Source: an uncultured Enterobacteriaceae bacterium (lineage in GTDB: Bacteria > Pseudomonadota > Gammaproteobacteria > Burkholderiales > SG8-39). Taken from it: a DNA stretch of 33,286 nt. Every line of letters starts with the position of its first letter. The first letter of the stretch is position 1. The stretch covers positions 1 through 33,286 of the forward strand of contig CAYQVE010000003.1 of NCBI GenBank assembly GCA_964420785.1, read 5' to 3'. The position numbers and the translations under genes are program-made. Positions 16,040 to 24,986 of the stretch are shown piece after piece. The notes beneath the pieces are model-generated. The model had not been told where the DNA came from and made no database searches. It was given only the letters and a program-made list of their open reading frames with translations.

Positions 16040-16049
16040 CCCGGCTCGT

Positions 16050-16982
16050 TCAGCCCGCGTCGCCTTCCCGGATACTGCGTCGAGTCGGGATTCTTTCGGT
16101 GCGCCAGTTCGCCAGCGCCCAGCTCCAGATCTCCGGAATTCTGCACGCCGCGAGCTCCGCTGGCGGCTCCTGGCCAAGAAAGCGCAGGGCTTGCCAAAGC
16201 CGATCCGGAGCCTCCGTGACGGTCAAGGGAGCAGCGCGCGTCTGCTTGCTCAGCTTTTCGCCAGTCTGGTTCACCGCGACCGGAAGATGCATGTATCGCG
16301 GAGTCGGGAGACCCAGCAAGCGCTGCAACAGGATCTGCCGCGCCGTAGAGGCGAGCAAATCGGCGCCGCGCACGACGTCGGTGATGCTCTGCTCGAAATC
16401 ATCCACGACGACTGCGAGCTGGTAGGCGAAAAGGCCGTCCGCGCGCCGCACGATGAAGTCGCCGACTTCTCGAGCTAGGTGCTGCTCGATCCTGCCTTGA
16501 AGCAGGTCCTCAAACGCGATCACTGCGTTGTCGACGCGCACGCGCATCGCTCGGGCCGGGCGTCCCGGCAAAAGTCCCCTGCGGCAGGTGCCGGGGTAGA
16601 TGGATTCGCCCGCCGCGGATACGGTTGAATCGGAAATTTCCCGCCGCGTGCAGGCACAGAGAAACACCGCATGCTCATGCTCGAGACGTTTTAGGCCAGC
16701 TCCTTAAGCTCCGTCGCTGCAGGTCTGGTACACGACCTTTCCGTCCCATTCGAACCCATACGCCTCGAGCATCCTGAGAATCGCATTGGAAGCTCCCCGA
16801 GCCTCACGCGGACGATCGAGATCCTCCATGCGCACCAGCCATCTGCCCCTGTTCCAGCGCGCCTCGAGGTAGCTGCCGACCGCGGCGACGAGCGAGCCGA
16901 AATGCAGCGGCCCGGTCGGGGAGGGAGCAAAGCGCCCGCGATACGGTCTCGTCGAGTCATGCATAATCTGAACGAAAATCAT
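16050..16982 (-). pseudogene. gluQ: glutamyl-Q tRNA(Asp) synthetase gene interrupted by one in-frame TAA
   Basis: ORFs 16704..16982 ([29 protein letters not shown]...) and 16050..16667 (...CACTRREI...DGLFAYQLAVVVDD...KLSKQ) are in the same frame. Only the TAA at 16704-16706 interrupts the frame. Recalled E. coli YadB aligns without gaps, and the stop falls on a conserved Tyr. Confidence 0.85.
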
Positions 16983-17011
16983 ATCAGCGTTTCCGGGCGA
17001 GCCGAAAATCC

Positions 17012-18322
17012 ATGACCGATCCCCATCGCATCGTTATCGTCGGCGGCGGCGCCGGGGGGCTTGAGCTGGCGACCCGGGCGGGGGACCGCTTGGGGCGCAG
17101 AGGGCGCGCCACTGTCACCCTCGTCGACAAGAACGAGACCCACCTCTGGAAGCCTCTCCTGCACGAGGTCGCCGCCGGAAGCATGGATATTCACGCGCAC
17201 CAGCTCGACTACCTCGCGCAGGCGCGCTGGCACCACTTCAGCTTCTGCTGTGGCGCATTGGAGAAGATCGACCGAGCGCGCCGCGCGATCGCTGTGGCGC
17301 CTACGGTGGACGAACGCGGCGTCGAAGTCATCCCGCGCCGCACCCTGAGCTACGACACGCTAGTGATCGCAATCGGCAGCGTCGCGAACACGTTCGGCGT
17401 CCCCGGGGTCGGAGAACACGCCTACGCGCTGGACTCCGCTGCCGAAGCCGACCGCTTCCACCGGCGCCTGATAAACGCTTGCATTCAGGCCAACTATCGG
17501 CCCGGCAACGCGCGGGCCCAGCTGCGCGTGGTGATCGTGGGCGCAGGAGCGACCGGCGTCGAGCTCGCTGCCGAGCTGCACAACACGACGCGCGTGCTCG
17601 CCGCATACGGGCTCCAAAACATTGATCCGGAGCGGTTCCTTCAAATTACCCTCCTCAACGCCGACCCTCGAATCCTGCCGATGCTCCCTGAGCGTATTGC
17701 CAGTGCGGTGACCGTAGCGCTCGAAGACCTGGGCGTGTGCGTCCGGTGCTCCGAGCAAGCCATCGAGATCACGGCTAGCGAGGTGAAGAGCAAAAGTGGC
17801 AAATCCTACCCCGCGGACCTTGCTGTCTGGACGGCAGGAATCAAAGGGGCAGATCTCCTCAGGAATCTCGACGGACTCGAAACCAACCACATCAACCAGC
17901 TCGTCATCCAGCCTACGCTGCAGACGACGCGCGATCCGGACATTTTCGCACTGGGCGACTGCTCGGCGCTCCCGCGCGAAGGCAAGGCACCGCCCGTGCC
18001 GCCGGCCGCGCAGGCGGCGCACCAGCAGGCATCCCACCTTCTTGGGTCGATCGCGCTGCGTATGCGCGGGCGGCCGCCCGCGCCCTTCCGCTACCGCGAC
18101 TTCGGTTCCCTCGTGTCGCTGGGCGAATACAGCACGATCGGATCGCTGATGGGTTTTCTCTCAGGAAAGAGCTACCGCGTTGAGGGCTGGTTCGCGCGGC
18201 TGATGTACCTGTCGTTGTACAAGATGCACCTGTACGCTCTCCATGGTCCTATCGGCGTCGCCCTCGATACCTTGGCGCGCCTCCTTAAACGCGGCACTGA
18301 GCCGAGCGTCAAGCTGCATTGA
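17012..18322 (+). CDS. ndh: type II NADH:quinone oxidoreductase (NDH-2)
   Basis: [15 protein letters not shown] and a second [14 protein letters not shown] dinucleotide fold are present, followed by [11 protein letters not shown]. The protein is 436 aa. Confidence 0.9.
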   Translation: MTDPHRIVIVGGGAGGLELATRAGDRLGRRGRATVTLVDKNETHLWKPLLHEVAAGSMDIHAHQLDYLAQARWHHFSFCCGALEKIDRARRAIAVAPTVDERGVEVIPRRTLSYDTLVIAIGSVANTFGVPGVGEHAYALDSAAEADRFHRRLINACIQANYRPGNARAQLRVVIVGAGATGVELAAELHNTTRVLAAYGLQNIDPERFLQITLLNADPRILPMLPERIASAVTVALEDLGVCVRCSEQAIEITASEVKSKSGKSYPADLAVWTAGIKGADLLRNLDGLETNHINQLVIQPTLQTTRDPDIFALGDCSALPREGKAPPVPPAAQAAHQQASHLLGSIALRMRGRPPAPFRYRDFGSLVSLGEYSTIGSLMGFLSGKSYRVEGWFARLMYLSLYKMHLYALHGPIGVALDTLARLLKRGTEPSVKLH

Positions 18323-19116
18323 TGATCAGTTCGATCATCAAGATAGTGCTCGGCGTCGCCATCGGCGTGCCGCTGCTCGTGTGGCTTTTCCAGGATCGGA
18401 TGCTGTTCTTCCCGCGTCCGCTGGACTCCCGCCCTGCACCGCGCCCGAACGTCGAGGAGGTGAGCATCGTTGCCGCGGATGGCGTCAAGCTCCGTGGCTG
18501 GCTGGTGAAGGGCGACGGGGCGCCCGCCCCGCTCGTCATCTACTTCGGCGGCAACGCGGAGGAAGTTTCATGGCTTGCCGACGTTGCGGACCATTTTGCC
18601 GGCTGGTCCCTGCTGCTCGTGAACTTTCGCGGCTACGGGGAGAGCGAAGGCAAACCCGCGGAAAAGGAACTCCTTGAGGACGCACTCGCGATCCACGATT
18701 ACGCAAAGCGGCGTCCGGAGGTGAATTCCGAACGCATCGTCGCGATGGGCCGCAGTTTGGGCAGCGGGGTTGCGGTTCACCTGGCGGCGCATCGTGTCCT
18801 GCGGGGTGTCATACTCGTGTCGCCGTATGACAGTATCCTCGAAGTGGCAAAGCGCCACTATCCTTTTCTGCCGGTATCGCTCATGCTCCGGCATCGCTTC
18901 GACTCAATTGCGCGTGCACCCCAGATCGAGGCGCCGCTGCTGTGCCTTGTTGCGAGTGAAGACCGGGTCATCCCGGCCCCGCACTCGCGCACTTTGTTCC
19001 AGGCCTGGCGGGGTACGAAGACCTGGCACGAGATTCCGCGCTCGGATCACGACAGCATGTCCGGTGAACCCGAATACTGGCGCTCGATCGCGGATTTTCT
19101 GAAGACGCTGCGCTAG
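18322..19116 (+). CDS. alpha/beta-fold hydrolase
   Basis: An N-terminal TM anchor, the nucleophile elbow GRSLGSG, and C-terminal D and H residues are present. The ATG overlaps the ndh stop. Confidence 0.85.
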   Translation: MISSIIKIVLGVAIGVPLLVWLFQDRMLFFPRPLDSRPAPRPNVEEVSIVAADGVKLRGWLVKGDGAPAPLVIYFGGNAEEVSWLADVADHFAGWSLLLVNFRGYGESEGKPAEKELLEDALAIHDYAKRRPEVNSERIVAMGRSLGSGVAVHLAAHRVLRGVILVSPYDSILEVAKRHYPFLPVSLMLRHRFDSIARAPQIEAPLLCLVASEDRVIPAPHSRTLFQAWRGTKTWHEIPRSDHDSMSGEPEYWRSIADFLKTLR

Positions 19117-19173
19117 GGGACGCAAACGCCCCTGTTATAATCGCGGCTCTCGGCGAATTCCGGAGATCCTCGC

Positions 19174-19554
19174 ATGGCAACGATCGCGTTGACCAAAGAC
19201 AATTTCGAGCAAGTTGTGAACGGTAACGAAATCGTCCTCGTCGATTTCTGGGCACCCTGGTGCGGGCCGTGCAAGGGCTTCGCGCCGGTATTCGAAGCGA
19301 GTTCGGAAAAGCACACCGACATCGTGTTTGGAAAAGTGAACACCGACGATGAGCAGGACCTGGCTGCGTCGTTCAATATCCGCTCGATCCCGACCCTGAT
19401 GCTTTTCCGCGAAAAGGTAATTCTCTTCTCTCAGGCGGGCGCGCTTCCGGGTTCGGCGCTCGAGCAGGTTATCACCCAGGGCAGGGAGCTCGACATGGCG
19501 ATGGTGCATAGGGAAATCGCCGACCGAGAATCCGGTCCGCAAGCAAAGGCCTGA
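19174..19554 (+). CDS. thioredoxin with a short C-terminal extension
   Basis: The WCGPC active site occurs in a DFWAPWCGPCK context. Confidence 0.9.
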   Translation: MATIALTKDNFEQVVNGNEIVLVDFWAPWCGPCKGFAPVFEASSEKHTDIVFGKVNTDDEQDLAASFNIRSIPTLMLFREKVILFSQAGALPGSALEQVITQGRELDMAMVHREIADRESGPQAKA

Positions 19555-19610
19555 CGGGCGACGCGCCTCCAGGCCCTCTGCGGTGCCATGCCGCACTCAA
19601 GGGAAAACAA

Positions 19611-19640
19611 AAAAGGCAGGGAAAAGCTTCCCTGCCTTTT
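19611..19640. terminator. bidirectional intrinsic terminator
   Basis: AAAAGGCAGGGA/TCCCTGCCTTTT forms a hairpin between convergent genes. Confidence 0.6.
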
Positions 19641-19657
19641 CTAGCGGATAGGAAAGC

Positions 19658-19858
19658 TTATTTCTTATCGTCTTTCTTCGCGCCTTTCTTATCGCCCTTC
19701 TTATCGCTCTTCTTCGCGGCTTTCTTCCCGTCTTTGCCTTCGCCTTTCTTCATTTCGTCCTTTTTCATCGGCTGCGCGCCGGCGTGGGACGCCGCGACAG
19801 CGAAGCCACTCGACACCGCAAAGACCGCGGCCACCAACAGCGACATGAGCTTCTTCAT
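19658..19858 (-). CDS. small secreted lysine-rich repeat protein
   Basis: The signal peptide MKKLMSLLVAAVFAVSSGFAVAA is followed by KKDEMKKGEGKDGKKAAKKSDKKGDKKGAKKDDKK. Confidence 0.6.
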   Translation of the reverse strand: MKKLMSLLVAAVFAVSSGFAVAASHAGAQPMKKDEMKKGEGKDGKKAAKKSDKKGDKKGAKKDDKK

Positions 19859-20026
19859 TCAATGTCTCCTCTCTCTGAGCGTTATTAGAATGATCCGGTC
19901 GCCGGAAACCGGTCAACCGCGGGGTATCCTAGCATATATGGTTGAAAGCGCGAAGGATTCGCCAGATAGGGGCCGGACTGCGCGACGGATCCCCAGGGTT
20001 CCGCTAGCGCTTGCACGGATCGGCAA

Positions 20027-21070
20027 GTGAACCCGGGCATCGTCTACGCCCTGCTGGGCGCGGCGCTTTTCGGGGCGAGCACTCCGATCGCCAAACTCCT
20101 CGTCGGAGAAATCGGGCCGGTCATGCTTGCCGGCCTTCTCTATGCGGGGTCGGGAGTGGGGCTCGGCCTTTGGCTTTGCGTGCGCGGCTTGTTTTGGCGG
20201 ACGGCTGAGCGACCGCGATTCGCGCCGGGTGACTACAAGTGGCTCGCCGGCGCCGTTATTTCGGGAGGCGTTGTCGGCCCTGCGCTCCTGATGCTCGCCC
20301 TTGCCGCGAGCTCCGCCTCATCGGTGTCGCTGCTTTTGAACCTCGAGAGCGTGTTCACCGCCGTCCTGGCTTGGTTCGTGTTTCGAGAGAATTTTGACCG
20401 ACGCCTGGTGCTGGGGATGTCTCTGATCGTCTGCGGCGGCGTGGTTCTCGGCTGGCGGCCGGGGGAGATCGCGACGTCCTGGCCCGCACTCGCAGTCGCG
20501 GGTGCCTGCTTGTGCTGGGCGCTCGACAACAATCTCACGCGCAGGATTTCCGCCGGGGACTCGGTCAAGATCGCAGGCATCAAAGGTCTGGCGGCCGGAA
20601 CGGTGAACCTTTGCGTGGCGGCGAGCTTCGGAGCGGCCCTGCCGGGACGGGAGGTCGCCGCCGCTGCCGCTCTGGTCGGCCTGCTCGGCTATGGAGTCAG
20701 CCTTGCGCTTTTCGTGGTGGCGTTGCGGCAGCTCGGCACTGCGCGGACCGGCGCTTATTTTTCGACTGCCCCTTTTATCGGGGCAGCCGCGTCGTTTGCG
20801 TTGCTTGGCGAGGCGCCGGATACGTTTTTCTGGGTAGCAGCGGTCTTGATGGCGGTCGGGGTTGCGCTGCATCTCACAGAACGCCACCGGCACCTGCACC
20901 GGCACGAGGCGCTGACGCACACTCACCCCCATACCCATGACGAACATCATCGCCATGAGCACGACTTTGCCTGGGACGGCTCCGAGCCGCACTCGCACAC
21001 TCACAAACATGATCTCCTCAACCACAGCCATGTGCACTTTCCGGATATTCATCATCGGCACAGTCACTGA
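20027..21070 (+). CDS. DMT-superfamily (EamA-like) transporter with a histidine-rich C-terminal tail
   Basis: Ten TM segments are followed by HLTERHRHLHRHEALTHTHPHTHDEHHRHEHDF...HSHTHKHDLLNHSHVHFPDIHHRHSH. Confidence 0.85.
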   Translation: MNPGIVYALLGAALFGASTPIAKLLVGEIGPVMLAGLLYAGSGVGLGLWLCVRGLFWRTAERPRFAPGDYKWLAGAVISGGVVGPALLMLALAASSASSVSLLLNLESVFTAVLAWFVFRENFDRRLVLGMSLIVCGGVVLGWRPGEIATSWPALAVAGACLCWALDNNLTRRISAGDSVKIAGIKGLAAGTVNLCVAASFGAALPGREVAAAAALVGLLGYGVSLALFVVALRQLGTARTGAYFSTAPFIGAAASFALLGEAPDTFFWVAAVLMAVGVALHLTERHRHLHRHEALTHTHPHTHDEHHRHEHDFAWDGSEPHSHTHKHDLLNHSHVHFPDIHHRHSH

Positions 21071-21074
21071 CGGG

Positions 21075-22238
21075 TTGCGCGCTCTGGCGATAGCGTCGTT
21101 TGCGGCCGCCGCGTGTGCCGCGCCCTACGTGCCGAAGGACGACGCAACAGTGCTTGAACGACTGCCGGTGAGGCCTGGCGATCCCGTCGCTCGCGAGCTG
21201 CGACAGTTGCGCACCGAGCTGACCGCTAACCCGCGCAAAAGGGAAACGGCGGTCCGCCTCGCAGAGCGCTATTTCGCGCTTGCCAGCTCAGAAGGGGACC
21301 CTCGGTACGTAGGCTACGCGCAGGCGGCGCTCAGGCCTTGGTGGGACCTGCCTGCCCCGCAGCTGGATGTTCTCGTGATGCGCGGGATCCTCAAGCAGTA
21401 CAGCCACGATTTCTCCGGGGCAATGAGGGATCTCGAAACAGCGACGCGCGCGGACTCCCGGAATGCACGTGCCTGGTCCTGGCGCGCTGCGATCCACATG
21501 GTGCAGGCGGACTACGATAGGGCACGGGAAGATTGCCTGGCCCTGCAGCGGCTCGAATCCGAGCTCTACGCCGTCGGCTGCACGGCTTACCTCGATGGCG
21601 CCACGGGCAATGCCGCCGCGGCGTATCGCGAGCTCTCCGCAGCGTTTGCCAAGAACGCGGACGCTCCGCCCGAAGTGAAGGTCTGGGTGCTGACACGCCT
21701 TGCGGAGATGTCACTGCGACAGGGCGACGTGAAGCAGGCCGAGGAGCATTTCCGTGCAGCGTACTTAGAACCGATCAACGACCAGTTTCTGCTCGCCGCC
21801 TACGCGGACTTTCTGCTCGACCAGGGACGCCCCGACGAAGTCATTCCGTTGCTCGTCGATTGGGTGAAGTCGGACATCCTGCTCCTTCGCCTCGCTCTTG
21901 CCGAGCAGGCGCTCAAGGCGCCGAAGGCGCGAGAACACATCGAGGCGCTCAGGTCCCGGTTCGATGCCGCGGCGTTGCGCGGCGACAAATTGCACCAGCA
22001 GGAGGAAGCGCGCTTCAACCTCTATCTTCTCGGCAACAGGGGGAAAGCCCTCGTGCTGGCGCAGGAAAACTGGAAGCTGCAGCGCGAGCCCCGTGATGCG
22101 CGCATCCTGCTCGAGGCGGCGCTCGCGACGAAAGACCCGGCGGCTGCGCAGGATGCACTCGACTGGCTCGAGCGCTCACGGCATGAGGATCCGGCTCTGC
22201 GCCGCACGGCGGAGAAGCTGAAAGCGCTCAAGCGATGA
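21075..22238 (+). CDS. TPR-repeat protein with N-terminal signal/lipoprotein-like sequence
   Basis: The TTG at 21075 gives MRALAIASFAAAACAAP.... The remainder is TPR-like helical repeats. The track start at 20937 overlaps the preceding gene. The stop overlaps the next start as ATGA. Confidence 0.7.
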   Translation: MRALAIASFAAAACAAPYVPKDDATVLERLPVRPGDPVARELRQLRTELTANPRKRETAVRLAERYFALASSEGDPRYVGYAQAALRPWWDLPAPQLDVLVMRGILKQYSHDFSGAMRDLETATRADSRNARAWSWRAAIHMVQADYDRAREDCLALQRLESELYAVGCTAYLDGATGNAAAAYRELSAAFAKNADAPPEVKVWVLTRLAEMSLRQGDVKQAEEHFRAAYLEPINDQFLLAAYADFLLDQGRPDEVIPLLVDWVKSDILLLRLALAEQALKAPKAREHIEALRSRFDAAALRGDKLHQQEEARFNLYLLGNRGKALVLAQENWKLQREPRDARILLEAALATKDPAAAQDALDWLERSRHEDPALRRTAEKLKALKR

Positions 22239-23356
22239 AAGCGCTGCCGGCGGTACTCCTGCTGTTGGTCGCCTCCTCTGCGCTCGCGCACAAGCCAAGC
22301 GACAGCTATCTTGCCATCAGCGTTGAAGGCTCGAACGTCGCCGGACAGTGGGACATCGCGCTGCGAGACCTCGATTTTGCGATCGGGCTGGACGACAGCG
22401 GGGACGGCGATATCACCTGGGGCGAAGTGAGGGCGCATCGGGCGGATATCGGCGCCTATGCTCTCGCGAGACTGAAGCTGCGTTCCGGGAACGCCCACTG
22501 CCCCGCCCACGCGACTGAATTTCTCGTCGACGACCACAGCGACGGCGCTTATTCGGTAATGCGTTTTGCCGCCGCCTGTCCCCAGGAGGTGACCACGCTC
22601 GAGATCAGCTACAGCCTCTTCGCCGACCTCGACCCGCAGCACAGGGGATTGCTGAGGCTCGAACACGGAGTCGCCACGCGTACCGCGATCTTCGGTCCCG
22701 AGCGCTCGACTCAGGCATTCGAGCTGGCCAAGATCTCAGCGTTGACGCAGTTCGTCGACTATGGCCGCGAGGGCGTATGGCACATCTGGATCGGCTTCGA
22801 CCATATCTTGTTCCTTCTGTCGCTGCTCCTCCCCGCGGTGCTCGTGTTCGAAGGGAGCCGCTGGCAGGCGGTCACGCGGTTTCCCCCGGCTTTCTGGGAC
22901 GTGTTTAAGATCGTCACTTCGTTCACCGTGGCTCATTCGATCACGCTGAGCCTCGCGGCGCTGGGGGTGATTTCGCTGCCCTCCCGACTGGTGGAATCGG
23001 CGATCGCGACCTCGGTCGTGCTCGCCGCGCTGAACAACGTCTTTCCCGTGGTACATGGTCGGCGCTGGATGGTCGCTTTCGCCTTCGGGCTGATTCACGG
23101 CTTCGGTTTCGCCAGCGTTCTGAGAGACCTCGGACTCCCGCAGGGCGCGCTACTCATCGCGCTCGTCGGCTTCAATCTCGGCGTGGAAGTGGGTCAGCTC
23201 GCGATCGTGAGCGCGTTCCTGCCGGTCGCGTACGGGCTGAGGGCGAGCTGGTTCTACCGGCGCATGGTCTTCGTAGGGGGGTCGATCGCCATCGCCGCAG
23301 TCGCCGGAACCTGGCTCATCGAGCGGGCGTTCAACATGAAGATCATCAGCCCTTGA
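22235..23356 (+). CDS. HupE/UreJ family (HupE_UreJ_2) membrane protein with a periplasmic N-terminal domain
   Basis: GVWHIWIGFDHILFLLSLLL, AHSITLSLAA and GLIHGFGFASVL are HupE/UreJ-type motifs. A signal peptide is present. Confidence 0.85.
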   Translation: MKALPAVLLLLVASSALAHKPSDSYLAISVEGSNVAGQWDIALRDLDFAIGLDDSGDGDITWGEVRAHRADIGAYALARLKLRSGNAHCPAHATEFLVDDHSDGAYSVMRFAAACPQEVTTLEISYSLFADLDPQHRGLLRLEHGVATRTAIFGPERSTQAFELAKISALTQFVDYGREGVWHIWIGFDHILFLLSLLLPAVLVFEGSRWQAVTRFPPAFWDVFKIVTSFTVAHSITLSLAALGVISLPSRLVESAIATSVVLAALNNVFPVVHGRRWMVAFAFGLIHGFGFASVLRDLGLPQGALLIALVGFNLGVEVGQLAIVSAFLPVAYGLRASWFYRRMVFVGGSIAIAAVAGTWLIERAFNMKIISP

Positions 23357-23402
23357 TGAATTCCACGCTCAACCCCATATCCGTTTGACACGAGAGCCCG
23401 CA

Positions 23403-24098
23403 ATGATCGAAATCCGCAAAAGCCAGGACCGCGGCCGCGTCGACCACGGCTGGTTGCGCTCCTATCACACCTTTTCCTTCGCCGACTACTACGACGCCGA
23501 GCACTCGGGATTCGGGCATCTCAGGGTGATCAACGAGGACCGAATTCAGCCGGGTACGGGTTTCGGTACCCACGGCCACCGCGACATGGAAATCATCAGC
23601 TACGTGCTGGAGGGGGAGCTCGCGCACAAGGACAGCATGGGAAACGGCTCGACCATCGTGCCGGGGGACGTGCAACGCATGAGCGCGGGGACGGGCGTGC
23701 TGCACAGCGAGTTCAATCACGCCCGGGATGTGACGCATTTTCTCCAGATATGGGTCGAGCCCAGCGTCACCGGCATTCCGCCGAGCTACGAGCAAAAGCA
23801 CTTCGACGCCGCTGCGAAGAGGGGCACGCTGCGCCTGGTCGCCTCACCCGACGGTCGCGAGGGTTCGGTGACGATTCACCAGGATGCCTACCTGTACGCG
23901 GCGCTCCTCGATGGCGCGGACCGCGCCGTCCACAGGCTGCAATCGGGTCGGCGCGCCTACGTGCATGTTGCGCGCGGACGCCTGACGGCGAACGGCCAAC
24001 CGCTGGAAGCCGGTGATGCGGCGAAAGCCGTCAACACCGCTGAGATCGTGCTCGAAAAAGGGAAGGACGCCGAGGTCCTGCTGTTCGATCTCGCGTGA
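23403..24098 (+). CDS. pirin family protein (quercetin 2,3-dioxygenase-like)
   Basis: The cupin metal site is HGHRDMEIISYVLEG, and SFADYYD...GFGHLRVINEDRI is present. Confidence 0.9.
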   Translation: MIEIRKSQDRGRVDHGWLRSYHTFSFADYYDAEHSGFGHLRVINEDRIQPGTGFGTHGHRDMEIISYVLEGELAHKDSMGNGSTIVPGDVQRMSAGTGVLHSEFNHARDVTHFLQIWVEPSVTGIPPSYEQKHFDAAAKRGTLRLVASPDGREGSVTIHQDAYLYAALLDGADRAVHRLQSGRRAYVHVARGRLTANGQPLEAGDAAKAVNTAEIVLEKGKDAEVLLFDLA

Positions 24099-24108
24099 GC
24101 GCGCACTG

Positions 24109-24903
24109 ATGCAGCGCACCGTGTCCAGAATGCCGGCCGTGTTCTTCGGCCATGGAAGCCCGATGAACACGCTCGAGCGCAACCCGTACACGGAGGCCTG
24201 GCGCCGGCTCAGCAAGTCGATCCCGAAGCCCAAGGCCATCCTGTGCGTGTCCGCACATTGGTACACCGAGGGCACCGCAGTGACCGCGATGGAAAAGCCG
24301 AAAACCATCCACGATTTCTATGGCTTCCCTCAGCCGCTGTTCGACGTCCGGTATCCCGCTCCGGGCGACCCCCGACTCGCGGCCAGGGTGCGCGAGCTGC
24401 TTGAGCCCGTGGAGGTGCGGCTGGACGGGTCATGGGGGCTCGACCATGGCACCTGGTCGGTCCTGAAGCATGCGTACCCCGGGGCGGACGTCCCCGTCGT
24501 CCAACTGAGCATCGACGGTACTCAGCCGCCGCAATTCCACTACGAAACCGGCAAGCGGCTTGCACCGCTGCGAGACGAGGGCGTGCTCGTTGCCGGCAGC
24601 GGAAACGTCGTGCACAACCTGCGCCTCATGAAGAGAGCAGGGGGAGCGCCGTTCGATTGGGCGGTGCGCTTCAATGAGAGAATTCGCGTAGCGCTCGCCT
24701 CCCGCGATCACCAGGCGCTCGTCGATTTCGAGAAGCTTGGCGATGACGCGCGCTTGTCGGTGCCGACTCGCGAGCACTATCTGCCGCTCCTCTACGTTGC
24801 GGCGCTGCAGGGCGACGACGAGCCGATGTCCTTCGTCGTAGACGGCTACGATTTGGGTTCGGTCAGCATGCTCACGGCGGTCGCCGGGATGCCCGCAAGA
24901 TAG
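24109..24903 (+). CDS. ygiD: 4,5-DOPA dioxygenase extradiol (class III extradiol dioxygenase)
   Basis: MPAVFFGHGSPMN...CVSAHW...IHDFYGFP...GSGNVVHNL is the YgiD/LigB pattern. Confidence 0.9.
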   Translation: MQRTVSRMPAVFFGHGSPMNTLERNPYTEAWRRLSKSIPKPKAILCVSAHWYTEGTAVTAMEKPKTIHDFYGFPQPLFDVRYPAPGDPRLAARVRELLEPVEVRLDGSWGLDHGTWSVLKHAYPGADVPVVQLSIDGTQPPQFHYETGKRLAPLRDEGVLVAGSGNVVHNLRLMKRAGGAPFDWAVRFNERIRVALASRDHQALVDFEKLGDDARLSVPTREHYLPLLYVAALQGDDEPMSFVVDGYDLGSVSMLTAVAGMPAR

Positions 24904-24986
24904 CGGGAGAGGGCTCAGGGCGTCTTGTTTCACGCGCCGCGCCGCTCGCGCATAATGCGGCGAACTCTCTCCTCCGGATTTCCGCC

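Noticed and set aside
16668-16703. Treating gluQ as two separate genes or as a frameshifted gene
   Set aside because: Coordinate arithmetic shows both ORFs are in the same frame. The recalled YadB alignment is gap-free, and the TAA is the only stop in that frame. A nonsense substitution or base-call error is the simplest explanation.
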